64,000 nt of DNA from Promethearchaeota archaeon (GTDB lineage Archaea > Asgardarchaeota > Lokiarchaeia > Sigyniarchaeales > SOKP01). The translations under genes and the position numbers were made by a program. The notes beneath the pieces were generated by a model. It did not search any database. It saw nothing but the letters and a program-made list of their open reading frames with translations, and was not told where the DNA came from. Positions 41,701-49,459 of the stretch are shown in pieces. The DNA lies in contig JAFGOA010000066.1 of the NCBI GenBank assembly GCA_016926735.1, forward strand, positions 36,675 to 100,674, written 5' to 3'. The stretch's first letter is position 1. Each line of letters opens with the position of its first letter.

Positions 41701-44664
41701 AATTCTAGGTATGTTTCTGATACAATTGATATAAAAGATCATATCGAAAATTCTATTAATACAGAATATTATGGAAATTATATTATTTCTGTAGATAAAA
41801 CAGATTCAAATTGTATGCTTGAAAACTTTCAATTTGATATTGCTCGATATTTAGATCCTAATAATGATGATTTTGACAACGATGGAATTTTAGACGGAGT
41901 TGAAACTAGTTTAATTGTTAAAGGCGAAAAAGTCTTAGATTTTAAGAACTCTTACCCAGATGAATTAATAATCACTAATTCGACAGAAGATAACTATTAT
42001 AATGAAATTTCCTTAGAAATTCCTTCAATTGGTAGAGTTAATGATGCAGAATTATATTTTAAAATTAATTCAAAGAATATCCTTTATGATCAAGGGTCCA
42101 TTTCTGTTGAACTGATAAAAGAAGAATTAAATAATCTTATCGAAGATCCAGTTTTAATTTCTTATTCTGAGGAATTACCATACCAATCTATATTTCAATA
42201 TATGATGACCTTTGATCTAGGGGATCTTTTGAATAGTGGAGTAATCTCAGAATATTATGGAAAATATAATCTTAGAGTATTAATAGAAAGCGATACTGAG
42301 ATAGATGAATTTATTATCAGTGACTTTTATATAATAACAAATAGTTGGATTCAAGCTGGATTAAATGATTGGAGCGCATGGATTACAGATCCTGCTAAAT
42401 GGAGTACGGATAAAGATAGTCTTTCAGATAAATATGAGATAGATATGGGATATAATCCTCAATCTGAAGATACAGATGGAGATGGTATTTGGGATCACAA
42501 AGATGTAGATCCACTTCATAATCTTATTGTTGAAGTTGATTTCATCAATGCAGAAGGTGGTTCTCATCTTGAAGCTGGTGTGAAAATGAGAAATCAAGGT
42601 AAGGATTTAACAATTTGGACACCATATACAATATATAGTACCACCTTAGATCGTCAATATTATATTGATATTGATGATAGTAGAAGTTCTATTGATCTTA
42701 GTTTTTATCTTTATAATATGCATCATATTGATATTAGAGAAGAAGTTAGGCATAGAGAAGAAAAAGCTAAAAATCCTCTTGCAAAACTATTTTGGTGGGT
42801 TGTTAAATGGATAGTTAAAATTATTTCATATGTAGTACCCGTAAGATATGAAATGCCTGACACAAAATTAGGACAATGGTCGAAAAATTATAATTTAGGA
42901 GATACTAATACATATAATTTAAAGAACGGAGATAAAAAACTTAACGTTAAAGTATCGACAATAGCACTATCAAGGACGAATACTATTGCTGTATATGATA
43001 AGAACTCAAGTTTTAATGGACATTATAAAAATCAAGAAAAAATGAATGTTTTTCATTTACATGTTGATGATGATACTATCAGTTCTAAATCTCCATTTGT
43101 AAATGGAATCAATACTGTTATAATACCAACAAGAATTTTTTCAGAGACAAAATTAAATGCATTGATTCAGAATGAAAAATTAGAGGGAACTCCATTAGAA
43201 GGATGTGAATTTTCAAGTGTAGAAAGAGATGATTCTGGAGAAAGTAAAATGGCATCTGAAAATATTGATTTTGTTATTATACAAAAAAATCTATCCGCTG
43301 AAGATGCTGAAATGATTTTAAATTGGCTTCTAGAAGTGCTTATTAATGAAACTACAGATGAAACAGCATTCCTTAATAGTTTTATATCAACAAAATTAAA
43401 TAATATTGAAATAGAGCAAATGAATGTTAATATTGATATATTAAAAATCACACCATCATTAGGAACATTTGAAAACAGTCCGGAGGGAGAAAAACCTATT
43501 GGAGATTGGGGTACGGCAATCCTTAAAACACTACAGAATTATATATCAATGATCATATCCCTAGCCCAATCAATTATCGAATTAATTGAATTTATAGTTG
43601 ATGCAATTGTAAACTCAATATTAATGGCAGTATTATCGTTTTTAGGTGATTTAATTTGGTTACTTATCCGTGCAGCAATCTTAATATTAGTATGGATCTT
43701 ATTTGTTTTTACATTAATAGGTTTTGGAATTACATTTTTAGCAATGATCCCATTCATGTTAATAATTAGTGGTATAATTGGAGCAGAATTAATCATCAAG
43801 GCAAATTCTTTAAAATTGATTAAAGAAGATACGAATATAGAATTATCTTACAATATTATCTTTGATTATATTGATTTCTTTGATATTTATATTCCCACGT
43901 TAAAAATTTCTGTTACTTTTAATGATTTAATTTATGAAGCAAAAATAAATTTCTTCTCAACCTTTAATCCAAAAATGCCAATGGAGTTTATTCCTGATGA
44001 TTATAATAAACCTGATAGTGCCAATACATTAAATACACTTATTGTTCAAAATAATTTGGAAAATACAGAGAAAATAAAAACATCTTCAGATTCGTTAAAT
44101 CTTTTTTCAGCTTTAGCTTATACTGGATTTTTTGCAGCAATGTCAATGATAGGAGCTGTGATGAGTATTCATGCAGCTATAACGAATGGTTTAAGTAAAA
44201 CCAAACATTGGGAACTTTTAGCATTTGGTATCACTATTACTGCATTTGTAACTTCAATTGGTTTGTTAATATGTACGTTAATGGCAACTACAGATCGTTT
44301 TTCAAGTTTTGTTTGGGGATTAGCATGGGGATTTTTATTATCATTTTTTGAGATCGTTTTTATATTTGGATTAGGAGGAGCTGCAAATATACCTAAAGCA
44401 GTAGGTATATTTGGTACTGTTGTAGCAGCAATTAACATTATTGCTAACATTAGTTTATTCCTTGGGTTTGATATAATGGCTATTCCTGCCACGATTATAG
44501 ATATTATGGCTGTAGCACTTGGTTGTTTCTCAATATTAGCAGTCAATGATAAAGAAGCTAAAGATAGACTACAATTAACATATATTTCATTATCTCTATG
44601 TCTACACTTATTGCTATTTTTAGCCTTTGCTTTTATATTGGTAGTTGAAGAAAGTCAAGAATAA
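32737..44664 (+). CDS. Giant (3975 aa) secreted/surface protein: PKD repeats, ConA/LamG-like and DNRLRE-like domains, DxDxDG Ca-binding repeats, hydrophobic multi-TM C-terminus
   Basis: Signal peptide ending ANA; repeated (W)xFGDG PKD motifs; DAYV..NYG...E..ITWNNRP; DTDGDG/TDP repeats; terminal ~450 aa with many hydrophobic helices. Confidence 0.88.
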   Translation: MFKYKNKFKIKKNFQIGFTLLFIVLMAEYANAANTTLNPTIEKFYTEDNIADVGELIEFTWEISDYSDSLSIRILFGDGNYTLLTAPGWSSSYSYRYSTEGRYNATMIIMAPDLYIWKSVTDPNGNDLLIEIINVAPEFESNDISFSWESENGPYEDEEIQVSVDLSDSIVDLEEGKITYIYDFGDGEQIISNQSSTLHIWNTTGNYPISITAKDDQGALTQRTRFLKIKNKDPEPKFTLGAGIPATYSFTEDIIGDIPFGWNLSDTEYSKYAFEIIEEKNSHGKVLSVMSNETISTSKNYIYNDIGFQNYGTVEFQFIIENSQSIVSSYFGFSNDDKEIFAIFVENGNWRYCTDGNRDNTALLGTLPAPKDNIWYHVRVDFHIISSQIPSDSSCYGLAVNEFRVSIDGSIFAKKRFDPVDNPLSSVRIGTFEGLSKKTYIDSIGYSWDKNYNIGDNFNVYTPEYYGTYDWREGSIGSSPNGWEVYNDDIPSKFENNPFYTENFIDENDRWRLTGIEETSMHIRTSVSDDAYVNNLAKNTNYGTQATLNLDTKTSTHTMTVCYRYISNADHPAILDIEIPNLPIISATMDLRAYCDAQDQSGVTIRAIYFDIDGRGAGAIGCWTREAGQVRGDGVIGVGAEKSWTYDMTHCRFPVAVSELPSIPNTDPETGSRYVNFIPQSSSDTSGFFSPGAHTIKAFVTSRDQYAGSSQDSWVSITLNLVYNDENTQVYIKNNIPYLSSNITDNSKLDIYVSQGTSNSKVKLYSTSDFSENTITWNNRPSRSYISTYTISGTGWHTFNLGKSQNNFYYSLSQEINKGSSNIRFYSSEYSDSSKRPVVHHYLSKYYQGDGTLYCQTDQSEILTLTSPNNLNRFLRKGDKIEISFKTTSAKAIQFNLIDTVGLENSFEISSEGNSNFNIRTISLVVQDNIYIDYMEFAGLFNSETYLLINSIKFFEGIRSDISYIDIGNDFGKVIQLRDRSTQNQLRMDNIFNSQNEGTIEFWMHTNNILNEIWSISVYTGTTMIFKLSTKNNQWVYSSNGGEYIPISDFGIAEENQWYHLKIDFNNNTSQFNLTLDDIYMTSIEGIIFKEFNKIRFGTVQANEGTTYIDAIGYSWDDNYNIGDNNISLVLYPEKTKIQFSAADSIDTISDYDTLKYYWDFGDGTSGYGKNVIHDYLTSGNYIITLVCKDDNGATSSFSQIIKVYNTYPEISFVDNLETIAINEGDTVFFNAESWDEITDYASLNYYWAFESINNNIFDFEDSIEGGWRQSHMYQDDYYGDVGVLVEDTEGDYNYDFSRILVRNVDPLISIYDAIMIANISFEVVRSNPTIDANITFELLADSLFAFSKYLDFHGLDDLSVVSDKELAIMSLSKDWKVNVYSTEILPAYSWFRYNIYIEYLDGTNTTITSGKIYGNSNGEWSLNLNPYWVNSIDNTFSHPITFNAEIFDPSVDDIFVNIKYDVDMLVEISCSDNIPLDGTFIINQELGDVTYIIEVYQVDGGTYAKIHATQNIYEKSFYDNEFPTQLEFEFNIFPIINLEILLNEQLGLENLEILDFLNTLNTVTGNVVDDDGGSNNHIITFPSIFDFSNLSPSMDIAIPNNNTINEEVSFLVVIEDFNQIDSEINFDYQEVVEDDVPNVPNDFEIINGTISDSNGELEFNDDNYITIDSEFHIIENQVFYDDFNDTMRDLNWIDETNFDRIKEDDGVLKLKASSFSLWQNFSRWFLSWAPYSKISLSKFNTEWWEIQVDISKQCYSKIGNHHYGLMLFQDEENVWLFGATNDGKIKITKIIDREAIDVVNLQSNDTTLRISKVEGKYYFESSIDKENWNILFSINSLEINATDTGIFHRVTFPYDIDCCCYHHHYRNKWCDYKHCCKSWKNGNSKHYCKSWKAWDNKYCCKSWKSWNYKHYCKSFKHYWHKNCHCCSYRDWVFFDNFSMIEKYSTDHLLNFTTTLDLDTIGNEQILEHLYLIADYKTTLNQLIDISIYNFQKNIWEIIDSSYINTDYHHLNYTIQSLGYLDLNNQIHVRFEARSSDNEFQLLLDKLQLEYSSSMISNYQSEQIPFIGVDVANIDDNDISIIANKGSLEHEGDLSLQDNNYATYSSSGDIANLAFITAFALDQAQIDDGFTSITLSYSFRTNIYQLVNVTVYNYTSQEWILINRLNQNEFNELIFEFDTSQTEFFNLNEIYVKFEAINNTNSFTFDLDLLRIDYSYFPHHLISDNIRNSEFNLPKENRDYAVYNSQDNDLEFNILMSDMNSLRKFNLGVLYYSIQSSISQEMNLYLYNFSGKTWNMVDTFIAYNSNFISNEYLINTSDYLSPNNYIRVKFEGTIQNEYNLFIEELGIIYKWSDVWGQYGSKSNRDDFNSLGYISNEYSFIYWGNTNFYMNGEYLIIITADDGYNIIRKGGVINIINMPPYAEIGPIETGIKENEEIQLTSELFFYGKYAEETRFEWSFGDGLYAYEQNPTHYWSTAGTYTIQLTIKDCFGNIYTDNATITIEEHPPEILGPYTFYGKQGQAIVLDVEIYDSFYDEMNLQYEWYSVPSNEINIGTLFSTDKKPVVFLDWGNYTYSLKVIDQSGYYAITNITIEVDDIPPVVSIGSYMYHGGKGNSISIKAYVYDSYLENEFKFTWTIQNDLEQLNQSNIIFYDKIGQIAFTCKDTIVYDGEIKITDSFGLFMIQDFYINSFIDTNGNGFSDEIEEQLAETGHTIWDAEDTDNDGYSDIIEEYITFTLPNNPDCDGDGLSDGTNSTTGFGELTFGTDPWNPDSDGDLLEDGFEVFGWNITVNSLDVFVSSNPVLKDTDNDGIGDYDEYIMKLDPRSSDTDGDGIDDLADPYPITYDYDEDGLSDYEELQIGTQLNNTDTDGDTLTDGEEVLGWYFKTNPLSQDSDHDFLSDNNEINCYTTNSKYYRNQTYIGSERVKLEQSIYLPFKEKIEKALYAKISFTIAFGEYGNSGNLEYGTENIPNIRIQITKNNIILYDRYSNNSRYVSDTIDIKDHIENSINTEYYGNYIISVDKTDSNCMLENFQFDIARYLDPNNDDFDNDGILDGVETSLIVKGEKVLDFKNSYPDELIITNSTEDNYYNEISLEIPSIGRVNDAELYFKINSKNILYDQGSISVELIKEELNNLIEDPVLISYSEELPYQSIFQYMMTFDLGDLLNSGVISEYYGKYNLRVLIESDTEIDEFIISDFYIITNSWIQAGLNDWSAWITDPAKWSTDKDSLSDKYEIDMGYNPQSEDTDGDGIWDHKDVDPLHNLIVEVDFINAEGGSHLEAGVKMRNQGKDLTIWTPYTIYSTTLDRQYYIDIDDSRSSIDLSFYLYNMHHIDIREEVRHREEKAKNPLAKLFWWVVKWIVKIISYVVPVRYEMPDTKLGQWSKNYNLGDTNTYNLKNGDKKLNVKVSTIALSRTNTIAVYDKNSSFNGHYKNQEKMNVFHLHVDDDTISSKSPFVNGINTVIIPTRIFSETKLNALIQNEKLEGTPLEGCEFSSVERDDSGESKMASENIDFVIIQKNLSAEDAEMILNWLLEVLINETTDETAFLNSFISTKLNNIEIEQMNVNIDILKITPSLGTFENSPEGEKPIGDWGTAILKTLQNYISMIISLAQSIIELIEFIVDAIVNSILMAVLSFLGDLIWLLIRAAILILVWILFVFTLIGFGITFLAMIPFMLIISGIIGAELIIKANSLKLIKEDTNIELSYNIIFDYIDFFDIYIPTLKISVTFNDLIYEAKINFFSTFNPKMPMEFIPDDYNKPDSANTLNTLIVQNNLENTEKIKTSSDSLNLFSALAYTGFFAAMSMIGAVMSIHAAITNGLSKTKHWELLAFGITITAFVTSIGLLICTLMATTDRFSSFVWGLAWGFLLSFFEIVFIFGLGGAANIPKAVGIFGTVVAAINIIANISLFLGFDIMAIPATIIDIMAVALGCFSILAVNDKEAKDRLQLTYISLSLCLHLLLFLAFAFILVVEESQE
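38353..38496 (+). repeat. Four in-frame 36-nt tandem repeats encoding xK(H/Y)(C/Y)CKS(W/F)Kxxx
   Basis: YKHCCKSWKNGN / SKHYCKSWKAWD / NKYCCKSWKSWN / YKHYCKSFKHYW; DNA core TG(T/C)AAATCAT recurs every 36 nt. Confidence 0.9.
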
Positions 44665-44708
44665 TAATAATAAATAAAGTTTTTTTGTTTTTTTTTTTTA
44701 ATTTTATT

Positions 44709-45158
44709 ATGAAAGATAAGATCTTTATTTTTCTTATGATACTTTGTTTTAGTTCAATTATTACAAGCTTTTTTGGAATTATTATTATATATAGATCAAA
44801 TATCGCATATAATATAGAACAAATATTTTGGTTTATTTTAGCTTGTTCTCTATGTTTATTCTTATATTTATTCTTAAGTTTGATTTTTTCATGGTATAAT
44901 AAAAATAAAATTAATTTTAAAAAAATAGGATTTATATGGTTTTGGAGTCTCCTAATAGGATTCTTAATACTTATAGTAGATACAATATGTTATATTTACT
45001 TAAAAAGTTTTGTTTCTGCATCTTTTTTTAATTCACTTATGGAATTAAAAAATAATTTAGGAATTTTCTTGTATCTTTCTTTTTGGATTGGGATATTAAT
45101 TCTTTTCATCAGTATTGTTTTATTATTCTTTTCACCTATGAAAAATATCAATAAATAA
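44709..45158 (+). CDS. Small 4-TM membrane protein directly downstream of the giant gene
   Basis: Four hydrophobic helices. ATG 44709 preferred over the TTG at 44685, which lies in a poly-T tract. Confidence 0.7.
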   Translation: MKDKIFIFLMILCFSSIITSFFGIIIIYRSNIAYNIEQIFWFILACSLCLFLYLFLSLIFSWYNKNKINFKKIGFIWFWSLLIGFLILIVDTICYIYLKSFVSASFFNSLMELKNNLGIFLYLSFWIGILILFISIVLLFFSPMKNINK

Positions 45159-45529
45159 GAGTAAAAATAGAAAAAGTAGCATTATATTTGAATAGAATAA
45201 AGATAGGACAAATAATATTACATTTGTGATATAATATATCTTAATTTGTTAGAAATTTAGAAACATGATAGAATAAATATATCAAGTTACTTTATATCCA
45301 AGAAATTTTGAGAAATTCATATTGATTGAAATAATACAAAGGTGTGTCTTCTTTATTAGCAAAATCCATTAATTTCTACCCATAAAAAGTTAAAAATATC
45401 CCTAATTTTTCCAATTATATTTATAAAATTGGAATTATGTTTTAGAAAATACTCTATATATTTATATATAACAGTTATTTTTAATATGAGTAGAATTATT
45501 TTAAATCCTATATTATTGGATAATATCCT

Positions 45530-46327
45530 ATGAAATATTATACAATAGGTCAAATAGATACCATCGGAACTGAAAGCCCACATCAAAAGGAACTTAAAGA
45601 TATTAGCTTAAGAAAATCACCTCTATTTAAGAATTTAGATAAAAAATTAATTTCAAAAATTTCTTTAGAGAAAATTGGAGGCTATTTCAGTAAAATTGGA
45701 ATGGAAGAAGATTGGACAATTACTCTAAAATTTTTTCCAGAAGTGAATATCCATATATCTTATTTTTATTATGGAGATGAATTTGGAGATATCGAATCTG
45801 AACTTAAATATTTATTTTCTGGAGAACGATGTACTTGGATTCCTGGAGAAGATTTAGCTACTTATATAAGTATTGTCATGAATATGATTGAAAATCAAAT
45901 AAAAAATATAAAACCAGGTAAAAAAAATTATAATAAAAAATCAGAGTTATTGTTAAAGATTATTAAACAGCGATTATCTCTATTTAAACTATTAAAAGAC
46001 ATTGATCAAAAAGAGGTAGAATATTTTTTAGGGGCTACTATTGTAAAAAATCATGACTCTTGGACAATTATAAAAGAAATCTTTCCAGAAATCAATGTGG
46101 AAATTATCTATTTTATCAAGGAAGATAACATTGATGTACAATATTCAGGTAAAAATCTGGAGAATATAGATATGTATCATATAGAATTAATAGCAATATT
46201 TATTATAAACCATATTTTACGATTTACAGTTATTAAAAATCAGGAAAAAAAGCTTCCTAACATTGCTTATATGATGTTTTCTAGACTATTTTCAAAAGAA
46301 AAAGGATGGAATTATAGAAATATCTAA
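45530..46327 (+). CDS. Protein with two tandem DUF3786-like repeats
   Basis: Internal duplication (DWTITLKFFPEVNIHI / SWTIIKEIFPEINVEI) and GDEF...LFSG...GEDL. Confidence 0.55.
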   Translation: MKYYTIGQIDTIGTESPHQKELKDISLRKSPLFKNLDKKLISKISLEKIGGYFSKIGMEEDWTITLKFFPEVNIHISYFYYGDEFGDIESELKYLFSGERCTWIPGEDLATYISIVMNMIENQIKNIKPGKKNYNKKSELLLKIIKQRLSLFKLLKDIDQKEVEYFLGATIVKNHDSWTIIKEIFPEINVEIIYFIKEDNIDVQYSGKNLENIDMYHIELIAIFIINHILRFTVIKNQEKKLPNIAYMMFSRLFSKEKGWNYRNI

Positions 46328-46388
46328 TTAAATCTATTCAAATCTCATTAAATTTTCTCAAATGCAATCTTTTGATAATATAGGATTT

Positions 46389-46952
46389 TTAAATTACAGT
46401 CCACAATTGAGCTCTACCTTTTTTACCAGTACGTTTTATTTTACGATCACTTTCTAAATCTGAAATTAGCTTCCATATTTCAGAGTTAGTAAGTTTAAAA
46501 TACTTTCTCAATTCTGGAGTTGACATTTCAGTATCATTTAGGATATTAACAATTAATCTTTTGACTTCTTCAACGGTATCATTATCAGAACTTGCAATTC
46601 CTTCTTCAATTTCATCCTCATTATCATCAGATTCCATCTCAAGCATTATTCGAGAAGCTATTTTATTTAAGTTTTTTATATTTGTTTCTATTCCTCTTGG
46701 TTTCATGAAAAGACAACATAATTCCAAATCTTTTGGAAAAGCTACAACATAAAAATTATCATATAATATCGCTCTTGGCTTTTTTCCAGCATTACCTCCA
46801 CGGAAAGACAAATAAAAATTGACAGCAAAATCATCTAGATTAACAAAATCATTTATATCATCAAATTTTTTCTTCCATTTTAGGAAAGGACCATTAATGA
46901 GATCAAATCCAACCAAAGCTACAGAAAACAATTCATTTTCATTAAAATTCAT
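46389..46952 (-). CDS. Longin/uDENN-like domain, acidic linker, C-terminal winged-helix
   Basis: VALVGFDLINGP N-terminus; ESDDNEDEIEE linker; MSTPELRKYFKLTNSEIWKLISDLESDRKIKRTG..GRAQLW. Confidence 0.6.
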   Translation of the reverse strand: MNFNENELFSVALVGFDLINGPFLKWKKKFDDINDFVNLDDFAVNFYLSFRGGNAGKKPRAILYDNFYVVAFPKDLELCCLFMKPRGIETNIKNLNKIASRIMLEMESDDNEDEIEEGIASSDNDTVEEVKRLIVNILNDTEMSTPELRKYFKLTNSEIWKLISDLESDRKIKRTGKKGRAQLWTVI

Positions 46953-47479
46953 TCCATTAACCTCTTTCTTTTGATTACTTTATTTAATTCTTTTTCAATT
47001 ACTTGCATTAACTGTGCTCGTTCATCAGAATTAATCGCTGTTAAACCAATTGTTTTTGTATGAAGTACATCTTGTACTCGCTTAAAATGCATTCTACCAT
47101 CTTTCTTACATAAATCTTGTTTATTAGCAATTGCTATTATTGGACAATCATCAATCATTAAATCTTTCGCCTCATCAATAAGTTGTCTTGAATTTAAAAC
47201 ATTTTTAGGAGTAGAATCAGTTACAATAAAAATTAGATCAGAACCAACAATAAAATCTTTCATATACGTTCTAAGATATTGTGTTTGACCGCCAAAATCC
47301 CAAACTTTTAAATTGAATCCACCGAATTTAACAGATCTTAGGTCAAATCCTGCAGTCGGAATGTATTTTTTTATAATTTCTTTTTCGGTTAACATTTTTA
47401 CCATCGTTGTCTTGCCAACTGCGGGAAACCCAATAATAGATACTTTAACTGAATTATTAAAACAAGATGTGTTTAACAT
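46949..47479 (-). CDS. Small Ras-superfamily (Arf/Rab-like) GTPase
   Basis: G1 GFPAVGKT, G2 PT, G3 WDFGGQ, G4 NKQD, G5 TA. Confidence 0.9.
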   Translation of the reverse strand: MLNTSCFNNSVKVSIIGFPAVGKTTMVKMLTEKEIIKKYIPTAGFDLRSVKFGGFNLKVWDFGGQTQYLRTYMKDFIVGSDLIFIVTDSTPKNVLNSRQLIDEAKDLMIDDCPIIAIANKQDLCKKDGRMHFKRVQDVLHTKTIGLTAINSDERAQLMQVIEKELNKVIKRKRLME

Positions 47480-47667
47480 GATTATATCTAAATGTAATAA
47501 TTTAACTAATAGAAGTAATATATTTTAAAATAAAAAAAAAGAGTAATACCTTGGTGATATATAAATTATGTATTTAAAAATTATTATATCTCTATAGTTA
47601 GAAAAATCATTCTTTTTTTTTTTGAAAGTAAAATTAAAAAGTATTTAGAGATAAAATATCAATATCT

Positions 47668-48483
47668 ATGGAAAAAATGAATCAAAGAAATTTAGAGACA
47701 AGTTTTAAAAAAATTATTCTAGATGGGTTAAAACTGTTTAAAAAAACTTATTTTAAAATAATACCTATATTTGTCTTATTTAGTGTAATAGGTATTATTT
47801 TTAAAGTAATAACTTTAACAGAAATAAATTATAAACTAGCTATATTGAAAGAATCTTCAAGTACTAATACACCTGAATTCTTTTTATTATATATTGGAGC
47901 GATTATTATTGAATTTATAATAGTAAATTTCTTTTTAATTTTAACTCTTTCAATACTTTCGCTATATTTATTAAAATGCTATAGAAAAGAAGAATCTGGT
48001 TTGATAACCAGCTTTAAAAAAGTAATTAACAAAAAATTAGTTCTAATTCTTTTATTTTTAGGTCTATTTTTACCAATTACATTCTTATTAGTTTTACCTG
48101 GATTATTAATTTATAAATACTATATTTTTTCTATTTTTACAGTAAACACCCCTAATGCAAAAAAACCATTTACACAAGCAAAAGACATATCAAGTGGTAA
48201 TTTTTTCAGAATTTTGATAATTTTCCTTATAAATATTATAATTATTTTCTCTGGTAACCCAATTAGCAATTTATTTTTCTATGATTTCTATGAATCATTA
48301 ATAATTTCCAGAAATTATGGATTATTATTAATTTACTTTTTTGTATGTAATCTTTTAGGTATTTTATTATCACCACTAATAGCATGTCTGCTTACATCCT
48401 TATTTTCTAATTCTTTTGAAATTTATAAAAAAGAAAAAAAAGAACAAAAACCAATTTTAAATAAAGATTATCAAAAAAGATAA
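47668..48483 (+). CDS. Hypothetical ~6-TM membrane protein
   Basis: Multiple hydrophobic helices; LVLPG and GNFFRI motifs of YciC/GPDPase-membrane-like proteins. Confidence 0.6.
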   Translation: MEKMNQRNLETSFKKIILDGLKLFKKTYFKIIPIFVLFSVIGIIFKVITLTEINYKLAILKESSSTNTPEFFLLYIGAIIIEFIIVNFFLILTLSILSLYLLKCYRKEESGLITSFKKVINKKLVLILLFLGLFLPITFLLVLPGLLIYKYYIFSIFTVNTPNAKKPFTQAKDISSGNFFRILIIFLINIIIIFSGNPISNLFFYDFYESLIISRNYGLLLIYFFVCNLLGILLSPLIACLLTSLFSNSFEIYKKEKKEQKPILNKDYQKR

Positions 48484-48604
48484 CAAAATTAAAGATATTT
48501 TTATAGAATTTAATCTAAACTTATCAAATATTAAGAAAAAAATCAAAATCTTTCTTTTTCTTATAGATAAAAATAAATTATTGATTTAATTTAATGGATT
48601 TGAG

Positions 48605-49396
48605 ATGAAAATAGATTTTGAAAAAAAAATTGAAATCACCAAAGAAGATATAAATAATCCTATTGTTTTAATTGGATGGCCAGGAATTGCATTAGTAGGA
48701 AAATTAGCAATCAGTTCAATTAAGGATTCAATTGGAGCAGAATTATTATACAATATTAAATATTTTGATTTTCCTCCAAAAAGTTTTGTTGAAAAAGGAT
48801 TTTTAGACATTCCCACAGCGAAGCTTTATTATAAAAAACGAGAATCTGGAGATATATTTATTCTAACAGGAGATTATCAACCTCAAACACCGGCAGGAGT
48901 ATTTGATTTTTCTCAAAAATTTTGTGAAAAAATGAAGGAAATAACAGATAATAAGATTAAAATGTATATAAGTACTGGTGCAATGGTCTCAGATAAAATT
49001 ATTGAGAAAAAAGTTCCCGATATCTATGTTTGTGGCACTGATAAAGAAATTGTTAATTCATTTTTAGAACATGAAAATACTCTTTTAATGGAAAATGGTG
49101 TAATAGCTGGTGCAAATGGCATTTTACCCGCATGGGCAGGGAACAATAATTTTGGCCCAGGTATATGTTTATTAGCAGAAACTTTACCTATACAAATGAT
49201 AAATGTAGATCCAAAAGCATCAAAAGCTTTAGTTACTCTTTTAAAAGATTATTTCAAACTTGATATGGATTATTCAGAATTGGACAAACAAATTAAGGAA
49301 ATGGAAGAAATGCTTGAGAAATTTAATGAACAAGCAAATTACTTTCCACAAGGTATACCACCAAAAAAAGAGCATGAAGATTCATATTTTCGTTAG
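48605..49396 (+). CDS. PAC2-family proteasome assembly chaperone
   Basis: GWPGIALVGKLA, GDYQP, IAGANGIL, CLLAET, DPKASK. Confidence 0.85.
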   Translation: MKIDFEKKIEITKEDINNPIVLIGWPGIALVGKLAISSIKDSIGAELLYNIKYFDFPPKSFVEKGFLDIPTAKLYYKKRESGDIFILTGDYQPQTPAGVFDFSQKFCEKMKEITDNKIKMYISTGAMVSDKIIEKKVPDIYVCGTDKEIVNSFLEHENTLLMENGVIAGANGILPAWAGNNNFGPGICLLAETLPIQMINVDPKASKALVTLLKDYFKLDMDYSELDKQIKEMEEMLEKFNEQANYFPQGIPPKKEHEDSYFR

Positions 49397-49459
49397 ATTT
49401 AAAGAGATTTAATAATAAAAAGGAAAGAAAAGAATTATTAATTATATTAGTATAAAATT

